Shown here: positions 56,299 to 64,000 of the stretch, piece after piece
How positions within the stretch are numbered: the stretch's first letter is position 1
Layout: each line of letters starts with the position of its first letter
Source of the DNA: a virus
Length of the DNA stretch: 64,000 nucleotides
Virus record (IMG/VR): IMGVR_UViG_3300006919_000043
Location: 1 to 64,000 of that record
Direction: 5' to 3' (one strand)
The notes under the pieces: model-generated
Seen by the model: the letters and a program-made list of their open reading frames with translations, nothing else
Database searches by the model: none
Told to the model about the DNA's origin: nothing
Translations under genes and position numbers: made by a program

Positions 56299-58569
56299 TC
56301 AAATGATGTAATACGGGTTATGCTCTTGAACCTTTAGATGTCGGACAGCAAACTCCACGCTTGCAGTTACCGGTCCTTTATCGTCGGGCATTGGATGTTC
56401 CGCTTTCATCAAAGTATAATCTTCAAGTGTAATTGTGCCTCTTTGTCTTGTGCCAGCCGAGCCGGGTTTGTTCAAAACCAGTGTGCAATCGTTTGTATTT
56501 ATGTTGTGCTTACGGGTTCTTAATTCCTCAAAGAACCTATCATCTTCAACCAGTGCGGTGAATGTGAATGTGTATTCTCTTGCCGCCTCCGTGATTTCCG
56601 AAGCATACTGTGTAGCGGCTTCTTGCACCTGATCTGCATCAGCATACGCACCATCTGTGCCTCTAATGTAAAACTGTGCGGTGTTACCATTAGCAATACT
56701 GATGTTGACATCTTTTGCTCGCAATACGGTAGCACCAAAGGCACTGAATAACATGTGCTGGAATAGGTATGGCTTTTCGCCATTGACAGCGATACCGGAC
56801 ACACTACGCTTGGTTATGTCATTTGCAGTGTTCTCAAACATACGGTGCGGTGTAATGAATTGGTTGTTGGTGTCTTTGAACATGCGTGTTGCTTCAAAGT
56901 TAGTGGTCATTTTTAACTCACCTTCACTGTCAGCAGTTAGACTCAAATCACTCACTTTACAACCGGAGAACACCCGTAGCATTTGGTTTGTGCCCGGTGT
57001 TGTATCGGTGGTGCGGAATGATTGCTCAAAGCAAAAGGTCGGTAGTGTAGTGTAACCAAAGAAATTATGCTCAACACCATTCTTTAATTCGCCAGTGGAC
57101 AATAGTGCTGGTGAGCCACGCTCATGCGCTACTGTGCCGTCAAGAGTATATTGTAGTCTTTCCACACCACATGATGCGGCTACATGGTCGAATAAGAATG
57201 GTTCTTCGACATAGATGTAGCCATGATCTTGACCGTTAGCACTACCCTTTCCGATAACCCTACGGATTTCATGTTTGTTTAATGTGGGTGCTGTAACATC
57301 AGCACCCGGCACTTGAACAGTATCTTTGTCGAAGATTTGAATGTAATCACCAAGAGTAAATTTGTCGGCATTGGTTGTTGAAAGTTTGATGCGTATATCG
57401 CCAGCAGTTACAGCAAGGGTTGGTTGAGCCAGTAAGTAAAGTGGCACACCGACAGTCTGTGCCCTTAGTTTAGCATCTGTATCAATGTCAGCCAAGCCAT
57501 CTATTTGTGCGTTAGCCAGTGATGTATATGAGCCAAGTAAAGGCGCACCTGCGGCACTTAGCACCTTGAACAGCCCTGCGGCTGGTGCATCTTCAAAGAT
57601 TGAAGCAAAGCCAGTGATGTTTCCACCAGCAGTGCTGATTTGTGCATCGGTAGCACCTGCCGCCGCAACGGTCAATCCACCTATCAATACATCTTTGCCA
57701 ACATGTCCAGCAGTGTCAAGACCTGCTACACCTGTTCCAGCATTGTCAATAGCCGTTATAGTGGTGTCAAGAACCGGTGTGTCAAATGTGTTTTGTGCGG
57801 CGTATGTCATGTCGGTGACATTTGTTTTGAGATTTAATGGGGTTGCTGTTATAGTTTCCGAAGCATCACAGTGAGCAAACTCACCTACGCTCTTTGCAGT
57901 GTGCCCACCCAAAGCATATTTCCACATCTTCAATGAATGTGCATTCAAGTCCATAGAACCACCAGCAAGAGTTTCCTTGCCCGATGTTAGAACATTCACA
58001 TCACGCCCCATGCCGATGATGTGTTGCTTTCTAACATCTATCTCCGGTTCGGGTAGTGTGAATGAGTTAAGCAATCCTAAGAATTGGTCGGTTTTGACTC
58101 TTTCATCGCCACCACTTGCTACTGCACCTGCTGTGCAATTGTGGTCGTATGTTGGAACACGCAGTGAATCAATAATGAAGAAATCGCCTGTGTTTGCAGT
58201 GGCCGGATTGGTTGCCAATCTCGGTGTGACGGTTATGGTAGCATCATCGTTTGCAGTGATGTAGTATGTTCGCTTTGTTGTTGGAAAGTGATCGGCAGTG
58301 AAAGCGTTGCTACCGCCCGATGAATAGATACGCAGTGTAGCACCAATCAACATACCATTGGGCACCATCATGTGCCCATCGGTGTCAACCCAATACATGG
58401 CTTCACCGATAGTAATTATACTACTGTTCTCGGTGTTGCCGTTGGCTGTTGACCAGCCCGATGTGGCACTACCTCCGCCCGCTACATTGGTTCCTTGTCC
58501 TACTAATCCGGTTTCTTTGCCCATAGATATTTCAATTAAATCTCCCTTGAATACTTGATTTACTGGCAT
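56299..58569 (-). CDS. major tail tube protein with large insertions
   Basis: Position after the terminator; GCKVSDLSLTA..GELKMT..FEA and C-terminal tube-like strands. Confidence 0.7.
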   Translation of the reverse strand: MPVNQVFKGDLIEISMGKETGLVGQGTNVAGGGSATSGWSTANGNTENSSIITIGEAMYWVDTDGHMMVPNGMLIGATLRIYSSGGSNAFTADHFPTTKRTYYITANDDATITVTPRLATNPATANTGDFFIIDSLRVPTYDHNCTAGAVASGGDERVKTDQFLGLLNSFTLPEPEIDVRKQHIIGMGRDVNVLTSGKETLAGGSMDLNAHSLKMWKYALGGHTAKSVGEFAHCDASETITATPLNLKTNVTDMTYAAQNTFDTPVLDTTITAIDNAGTGVAGLDTAGHVGKDVLIGGLTVAAAGATDAQISTAGGNITGFASIFEDAPAAGLFKVLSAAGAPLLGSYTSLANAQIDGLADIDTDAKLRAQTVGVPLYLLAQPTLAVTAGDIRIKLSTTNADKFTLGDYIQIFDKDTVQVPGADVTAPTLNKHEIRRVIGKGSANGQDHGYIYVEEPFLFDHVAASCGVERLQYTLDGTVAHERGSPALLSTGELKNGVEHNFFGYTTLPTFCFEQSFRTTDTTPGTNQMLRVFSGCKVSDLSLTADSEGELKMTTNFEATRMFKDTNNQFITPHRMFENTANDITKRSVSGIAVNGEKPYLFQHMLFSAFGATVLRAKDVNISIANGNTAQFYIRGTDGAYADADQVQEAATQYASEITEAAREYTFTFTALVEDDRFFEELRTRKHNINTNDCTLVLNKPGSAGTRQRGTITLEDYTLMKAEHPMPDDKGPVTASVEFAVRHLKVQEHNPYYII

Positions 58570-58579
58570 ATTTATCATC

Positions 58580-59011
58580 TCATAATGTTGGTAATGGTTG
58601 GGCGAAAATTATACATTCGGCTTGCATCGTGTATCGGAACAACCTCTTGCTACGGTCCGACAAGTCGGTTCGGGTCTTGAAGATTACCCTATCAAAGTTA
58701 ACATTATCGCCCTTTCTCACCAAATGTAGTATGCGCCGAACCTCATCTCTAAGCGTGCTAAGACGCTTACGACTTTTTACGGTGCGTATGTCAATGGTAA
58801 GATTGATGTGTTCATTAACGAAGTCAAACAGCAATTCCGGCTGTGCTTCGTTATGTGCTGTTTCAAAGACACGAATAATGTCATGATCTTGTAGTCGTGT
58901 TCTTTTACCCTCGCCAGCCTCAAGGGTAGCAATATCCAAGATAGAAGGCTTGGGCGAAACATTCCAATTACTGTTCAAAGCAGTAACAATACCATCAATA
59001 GCATCGGTCAT
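58580..59011 (-). CDS. tail terminator/completion protein
   Basis: 143 aa, LTIDIRT..LRDEVRRIL..RLFRY; position. Confidence 0.6.
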   Translation of the reverse strand: MTDAIDGIVTALNSNWNVSPKPSILDIATLEAGEGKRTRLQDHDIIRVFETAHNEAQPELLFDFVNEHINLTIDIRTVKSRKRLSTLRDEVRRILHLVRKGDNVNFDRVIFKTRTDLSDRSKRLFRYTMQAECIIFAQPLPTL

Positions 59012-59286
59012 TGTTTCATCGCCTCCATAAATTTAGACTCGGCGGCCTTTACATCAAGTGCGAAAGGGCTTGCCTTTTTATGTGCCTCCATTACAACCGC
59101 TAATTCTTCTTCGGATTTAGGTTCAACGGTTTCAGCATCTTCACTATCCATGTTCTTTTCTTCTATCATTAGCCTCTCAAGGTGTGCTGGCTCACTGGCC
59201 TCTTGTGTTCGCATAGCGACAAGCAACTCTTTCAGTGCTTTACCAGCATCGTCACCAAACTGTATGAGATCTTCCACATCAACCAC
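59008..59286 (-). CDS. hypothetical acidic protein
   Basis: Coupled ORF in the head-tail region. Confidence 0.6.
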   Translation of the reverse strand: MVDVEDLIQFGDDAGKALKELLVAMRTQEASEPAHLERLMIEEKNMDSEDAETVEPKSEEELAVVMEAHKKASPFALDVKAAESKFMEAMKQ

Positions 59287-60922
59287 CCATACCTGCTACA
59301 ATAATTGACTCTTGGAACGGCACCAATAACTTAGCAACCTCCGCTTCTAACTTTTGGTGCTTGGTGTTAATGTCCATGTTTGATGTTCCTTCGGGGAATA
59401 GCACCGAATAATCATCGGACATCAGTATATCCATGACTACCAATTTGGTGCAAGCCTCTTGTATTGAACCCTCAACATATCTCTCACCGTAAATATATGC
59501 ACATCTCAAAGAATGGTTTTCAAAGAAAGGATATTCATTGTTGAATGCAATCATGCCGTTCTCTTCGATAGACCACCATGACTTTTGCCTTTCTTCGTCT
59601 GTGATGTCGCACTTGAATCTATTTTGCCTAATTACTACATCTTGAATTAGTGTGGCCGCATTGTCAAAGTCATTTTGTTCATCATTGACAATAGTGAATG
59701 TGTTGCCACTGCGAGTTACCAACGCTATCTTATTTTGATTTCCTACCGTATAATACACCAATGAATGACCCTTGACGAACCCTGTTCCATCGTCAACAGT
59801 AAATGATGTAACCGGATTTCCTGTTACTGAAACAACCTTGCTTTGTTTGGTGGTCGTTAGTCTTGCATCAATGACCACTGCTGTGTCGTTTGTGACAGCC
59901 AGTGTGGCATTTTCTCCACCTTCAGTGCTACGCATACTGCTAATCTCAATTACACCATCTCCCATATCGCTGTTAGCAAGTCCTAAAAATTCATTATGAA
60001 CATTCAATGTGCTGTCGGAGGCTGATTCCGATTCAACGGTCAAACTACCTATTGGAACAGCCGCCTTGCTAAACGCAGGGTCTTTATTGACCAAAGCCGA
60101 TAGGTTTTCAGCCGCACTTTTGTTATCAAAGTCGGCTCTCCATTTTGTTTGTGCATCACTGCCTTCGGTTAGGGTGGCTACACCATTAGCACCCGGACAT
60201 AGCAGTATTGATTCGCCAACCATAGCCGTATGATCGTTGAATCTTAATGCCGCACGGGCACCAGCCATCTCACGATAATAGTCGCCTTGCCAAGCCCCCA
60301 ACTTCAACACACGCTGGATAGCCCCCCTTTTCATGAATACTGCACCTACATAATCAGTATAGTATCGCCTTCGGAATGGCTTGAAAGTGGTAAAGTTTTG
60401 ATATTCTTCGGCCACCAATCGGGGTCGCCATGAATGTCTTGTAACCTTGTCAATGTAATCTTGCCTGTTAGCAATTAAGTGCTTCACATGGTCAAGTTTT
60501 ATGCCACGCTCATTACTGTTAGTGAACGCTGATTGGTGTTGAACATAGGCTTGGTTGTTTGTGGTAAAGGACTCCGGTGTTGTTTGGTCAGCCGCAACAG
60601 CCACCAAATATACCTGTCCGGCTGAACCGACTGATTCAATCCCTGTCAATTTGTATATGTTGCCGACAGCGTTTGCATTATCATACACAAGAACGCTCTC
60701 CCCTGCCGCATAGCCCCAGCGTCTAAAGTCAGCACCGGTTATTGGAAATTTGATGTAGTCCACTGTAAGGACTGTGGCAACAACAGTATCACCTGCTAAG
60801 GCCACAGGATCCGGCAAAGGCAATTGAAGATACTCGCTAACCTTTTCCGGTGTTGTATATACCGTTTCATAAGGGTATAACGGTGAATCGGGTCTATGTC
60901 CGGGTGAAAAGGACTTTGGCAT
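59279..60922 (-). CDS. head-tail adaptor (connector) with insertions
   Basis: YTTPEKV..ID..T.HSW..YIYG....IQEACTKLV. Confidence 0.7.
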   Translation of the reverse strand: MPKSFSPGHRPDSPLYPYETVYTTPEKVSEYLQLPLPDPVALAGDTVVATVLTVDYIKFPITGADFRRWGYAAGESVLVYDNANAVGNIYKLTGIESVGSAGQVYLVAVAADQTTPESFTTNNQAYVQHQSAFTNSNERGIKLDHVKHLIANRQDYIDKVTRHSWRPRLVAEEYQNFTTFKPFRRRYYTDYVGAVFMKRGAIQRVLKLGAWQGDYYREMAGARAALRFNDHTAMVGESILLCPGANGVATLTEGSDAQTKWRADFDNKSAAENLSALVNKDPAFSKAAVPIGSLTVESESASDSTLNVHNEFLGLANSDMGDGVIEISSMRSTEGGENATLAVTNDTAVVIDARLTTTKQSKVVSVTGNPVTSFTVDDGTGFVKGHSLVYYTVGNQNKIALVTRSGNTFTIVNDEQNDFDNAATLIQDVVIRQNRFKCDITDEERQKSWWSIEENGMIAFNNEYPFFENHSLRCAYIYGERYVEGSIQEACTKLVVMDILMSDDYSVLFPEGTSNMDINTKHQKLEAEVAKLLVPFQESIIVAGMGG

Positions 60923-61254
60923 TACCTAAGCCCCCTACTCAAACCATGACTACCAAGATTGAATCCCATAGGCGCACCACACGCACCACACTGGGGTGTC
61001 CAACAAAAGTGTAAGCAACCGCAAGTTAAGCACCGTGTTCCGGAACCTATGTTCTGTATGTCTTTGCGATCTTTGGATTTGAGCATAATACGCTTTGTTG
61101 TAGCATGTTTCATGTTTTCTTTGGAGAAAGGACTCTCCGATTCATGGATAGATGATTTGTTTGCATTGGCGATTTCCGCCATACGGACACGCCTACGCTT
61201 TTCAATGTCAATGACTTCTCCTAAGTCAATGTCCTCAATTTCCATGCGTGCCAT
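60922..61254 (-). CDS. Zn-ribbon protein
   Basis: RCLTCG..CWTPQCGACG. Confidence 0.65.
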   Translation of the reverse strand: MARMEIEDIDLGEVIDIEKRRRVRMAEIANANKSSIHESESPFSKENMKHATTKRIMLKSKDRKDIQNIGSGTRCLTCGCLHFCWTPQCGACGAPMGFNLGSHGLSRGLR

Positions 61255-61278
61255 TTGATGCCACCCCTTGAGGCAACA

Positions 61279-61656
61279 TCAGCGACCGCCAGTAATAATG
61301 ATTTCAGCCGTTGCACCGTCTAAATCACTGCTGTTGTTGGCTAATTGAATCAAAGCAAGTCCACCTGCCGCCGCCGCAGTGGGCTTGTCAACAGCGTTAC
61401 CACTGGCTTCTGTGCTACTGGCAAACGCCATTATTTTCTTATTTGCATAATCGTATCTTAGTAAGAGTCCACCAATTCCTTTGTTTGGTATGGTTTTTAC
61501 AATAATATCAACGCTATCGGGCGTTCCGACATACGCTGTTGCGTCAAATTCTTCTCCGCCTGTTGGATAAGAATTGTCAAATGTTACATTAACAAAAGAG
61601 GTAATTCTAGATCCTACTACATTGTTTCTTTTCGACTGTGTGATAGTTAGTGCCAT
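61279..61656 (-). CDS. putative minor capsid/decoration protein
   Basis: VTFDNSYPTGGE..YD....KI.AF; downstream of the MCP. Confidence 0.55.
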   Translation of the reverse strand: MALTITQSKRNNVVGSRITSFVNVTFDNSYPTGGEEFDATAYVGTPDSVDIIVKTIPNKGIGGLLLRYDYANKKIMAFASSTEASGNAVDKPTAAAAGGLALIQLANNSSDLDGATAEIIITGGR

Positions 61657-61699
61657 GTTGCTCAACTCAAGGGAATGTGTCAGTGGTCATAAAGGTTGC

Positions 61700-62275
61700 T
61701 CAAGAATAAAGGATTGTCATACGGATTGCACCAGTGTCAGCCGCCCATGCGGCTTGACACGCAATAGTGAAACCAACTTTACCACAGACCCTACCAGTCC
61801 ACGGTTGATTTTTGTTAATTACGGTTGCCGTGCCGCCTGTGTTAGTAACCTTTGGTGCGGCTGGTGTGCTATGTCCACTTAGTCCAACTGATACGGATAA
61901 AGCATGTTCCATAGTGCCTTGAGCCGCACCTTCATTGGTTTGAAATTTATACACACGGTTTGAGCCTTTGTTGGTAAAGTCCAGTGATGTAATAACATTA
62001 CAGTATAGGTTTGAACCCCCGCTTAGAAGGGTGTAGTCTTTGTTGTCAATACCAAAAGAACCTTTTACAGTGTCAGCGTCATTGTTAGAAGTCAGTTTAG
62101 ATTGACTCACATCTAAAATTACCATGTGTATGTCGCCATTCAAATTAACTTGTGCTGATGCGGTGGTGTTACCAGCAAGATCTTCTTGTGTGAAATCATA
62201 GACCAATCTATTGACACGGGTTCGACCAGCGTATCGTGCTTCGCCATCAAAGATAGTAAAGTCGCTTTGACCCAT
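61700..62275 (-). CDS. putative virion structural protein
   Basis: 191 aa, beta-rich, in the head operon. Confidence 0.55.
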   Translation of the reverse strand: MGQSDFTIFDGEARYAGRTRVNRLVYDFTQEDLAGNTTASAQVNLNGDIHMVILDVSQSKLTSNNDADTVKGSFGIDNKDYTLLSGGSNLYCNVITSLDFTNKGSNRVYKFQTNEGAAQGTMEHALSVSVGLSGHSTPAAPKVTNTGGTATVINKNQPWTGRVCGKVGFTIACQAAWAADTGAIRMTILYS

Positions 62276-62742
62276 TACTGCTCACCCGCCGCATTTTCAA
62301 GAAGGGCGTGAGCCATTTCGGTGATTGCGGCCTTTGTAGCAGATCTTGGAACGCTTTGTCCTCTTGCTTTCATCCACTTGACCATCTCATTTCGTGTCCA
62401 AGATTCATTGAAAGCGGAGTCAGCACTGCTTGAATCGTCATTCGCTATGGCTTCGACCATTTGCTCGGACTTTTCAACTTCAACCACTGGTTCTTCAACC
62501 ACTGGTTCCTCAACTACCGGTTCCTCAATCACTGGTTCAACTGCCTCAACCATCTTTTTGGTTTTCTTTTCAGTTTCAGTTTCTTCAAGAATAACTTTCC
62601 ACTGCGGGTAGTTATCTCCTTTGAATCTGTCAGCCAATTCTTGAGGCACTTCTTGTATGGTTCCTCTTGCGAAACCACGCATTGTGCCGTTAATGGGAAA
62701 TTCCACATACGCCCTGTGGCCTATGTATTGCAGTTTAGGCAA
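62275..62742 (-). CDS. protein with PVVEE repeats and C-terminal HeH/Rho-N-like motif
   Basis: WTRNEMVKWMKARGQSVPRSATKAAI. Confidence 0.6.
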   Translation of the reverse strand: MPKLQYIGHRAYVEFPINGTMRGFARGTIQEVPQELADRFKGDNYPQWKVILEETETEKKTKKMVEAVEPVIEEPVVEEPVVEEPVVEVEKSEQMVEAIANDDSSSADSAFNESWTRNEMVKWMKARGQSVPRSATKAAITEMAHALLENAAGEQ

Positions 62743-62758
62743 CTAAAGCCCCCCAGCA

Positions 62759-63178
62759 TCAAGCACTTGGTCCGTAGTATAACAGTGTAATTCTGTGAAC
62801 ATCATCAGCAACCGAAGCATCGTTAGCGGTCTTGAATAATACTCTTGCCGCCGCATGACCCACTTCTGTTGGTGGGTGGTCGTTTTGTGTGGTGTTGACG
62901 ACTGATAGAACGGATAGAACACTACCGCCCAATCCGTCAGCACCAGTTATTGCGTTGTTGTCAACTGCACCATTTTTATCTGCAAGGTCGAATACTGTTG
63001 CGCTGTTGTGAGAACCAACTACTACATCAACCACAAGCATTTGAAGGCCGCCTGTTGGGGCGTTAGAGCCAATTGGTGCTTGTAGCCAAGAAGTGTTATC
63101 GGTGTTGTTAGACCCCGACCACATTCTAATTACGCTTACGATTTTACTGCCTGTTCCTTTTACATTTGTGTTAGCCAT
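62759..63178 (-). CDS. putative capsid-associated protein
   Basis: Directly after the MCP, GGTGA RBS. Confidence 0.6.
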   Translation of the reverse strand: MANTNVKGTGSKIVSVIRMWSGSNNTDNTSWLQAPIGSNAPTGGLQMLVVDVVVGSHNSATVFDLADKNGAVDNNAITGADGLGGSVLSVLSVVNTTQNDHPPTEVGHAAARVLFKTANDASVADDVHRITLLYYGPSA

Positions 63179-63210
63179 ATTATCACCTACTTATTATCTC
63201 CTATTTAACC

Positions 63211-64000
63211 TCAACTCAAGTCACGGATTTTACCGCTTGACTTGAAGAACGCTTGCCATAATTCACCCATTGTGTGGAACATACCCATTTGACCGAGCCT
63301 GTTGATTCCGAATGGATCGCCTGTTTCAATACCGGACTCATGGTAAAGTGTTGGTTTTGCAGTGCAGAACCACATGTAGTCAGTATCAAGGAAATATAGT
63401 CTTGAAGAACCGCCAGTGCCCTTGTGGACATCCTTAGATGGGATAATTGGAACACCATTGTATGTTGCTACCATGAATCCACCTTGAATACCCGGAACAC
63501 CTTTGACACCATTGACACCCGGCACAACTCTCTTCATTTCCATAAAGCGTTGTTGAGGCTGTAACAATTGTTGGATTGTTTCAAGAGTATCGTAGCCAGT
63601 TAAGATAACCTTTGGCTGGCCTCCGGCTTCCCAAATTTGACGGAACATTCCGTCAAGAATATTGAGAGTTAGTGGCCTATCGGTTCCGTTGCTTGCACCT
63701 GCATCAACTTGAGCATCATACCATTGAGCCGAACCTGCACCTGCACCATCTCTTGTTAGGTTGTAAATGTTGTGAACGCTTGCCCCATCAATGTCACCGA
63801 AAGCACTTGTTTCAGTAAATGATGAAGAAGTGATACGGTCAAGAGATTCAAAGTCATTTCCAGCCACAGTGTTAACATCGCTAAGAAGCATCTTGTTGAT
63901 GTGTTCTGTGTGGTGTTTTGCCATTTCCATCTTCATGACAGCCCTTGCATCGCCAAGTCCATCGTCTTTGTCAGCAAGGAACATAGCAGTTTCAGTCAAG
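63211..64000 (-). CDS. major capsid protein (HK97 fold), N-terminus outside the window
   Basis: SLDRI, LT...LD, GG.PKVILTG, TYNGVPIIPS, RLYFLDT, GKIRDL; frame open to the window end. Confidence 0.88.
   Translation of the reverse strand, partial: LTETAMFLADKDDGLGDARAVMKMEMAKHHTEHINKMLLSDVNTVAGNDFESLDRITSSSFTETSAFGDIDGASVHNIYNLTRDGAGAGSAQWYDAQVDAGASNGTDRPLTLNILDGMFRQIWEAGGQPKVILTGYDTLETIQQLLQPQQRFMEMKRVVPGVNGVKGVPGIQGGFMVATYNGVPIIPSKDVHKGTGGSSRLYFLDTDYMWFCTAKPTLYHESGIETGDPFGINRLGQMGMFHTMGELWQAFFKSSGKIRDLS

Noticed and set aside
62480-62545. 15-nt tandem repeat as a regulatory element
   Set aside because: Explained by the coding PVVEE linker.
1-64000. Numerous antisense and alternate-frame ORFs of 60-200 aa in the track
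   Set aside because: They overlap well-supported genes and are best explained as codon-bias shadows.
1-64000. tRNA/rRNA genes, integrase, transposase
   Set aside because: None recognised; intergenic space is small and the hairpins found are not cloverleaf-like.

Overview
This 64-kb window is part of a tailed dsDNA archaeal virus genome (Caudoviricetes, HK97-type capsid, probably a non-contractile tail). Its gene set most resembles the magroviruses that infect Marine Group II/Poseidoniales; that assignment is an inference. There are two convergent arms. The + arm (1-31514) starts with early/accessory genes: SF1 helicase, DUF932-like protein, SprT-like protease, T4 endoV-like glycosylase, many small Zn-finger proteins, and PC4-like and TFB-cyclin-like proteins. 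It continues with a near-complete archaeal-type replisome: ligase-like protein, RFC, OB-fold SSB, RecA-fold ATPase, PCNA, PolB, Cas4-like nuclease, DNA MTase, fused PriS-PriL, ERCC4 nuclease and MCM-like helicase. The - arm (64000-31506) is the morphogenesis operon: capsid, adaptor, tail tube, frameshifted tail chaperones, tape measure and three giant tail-tip proteins, ending in a Dam-like MTase. The most notable observations are: (1) YCWGR and CTAG sites appear nearly absent, and every copy I found overlaps GATC; (2) the replisome MTase ends in a canonical PCNA-binding PIP box, and the late MTase shares an N-terminal motif with a basic late protein; (3) a Russian-doll nested repeat in the 3100-aa tail protein; (4) several apparently inactivated enzymes (ligase, LAGLIDADG, RFC-L remnant); (5) structured intergenic elements. 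All protein calls come from motif recognition by eye; no searches or counts were run.
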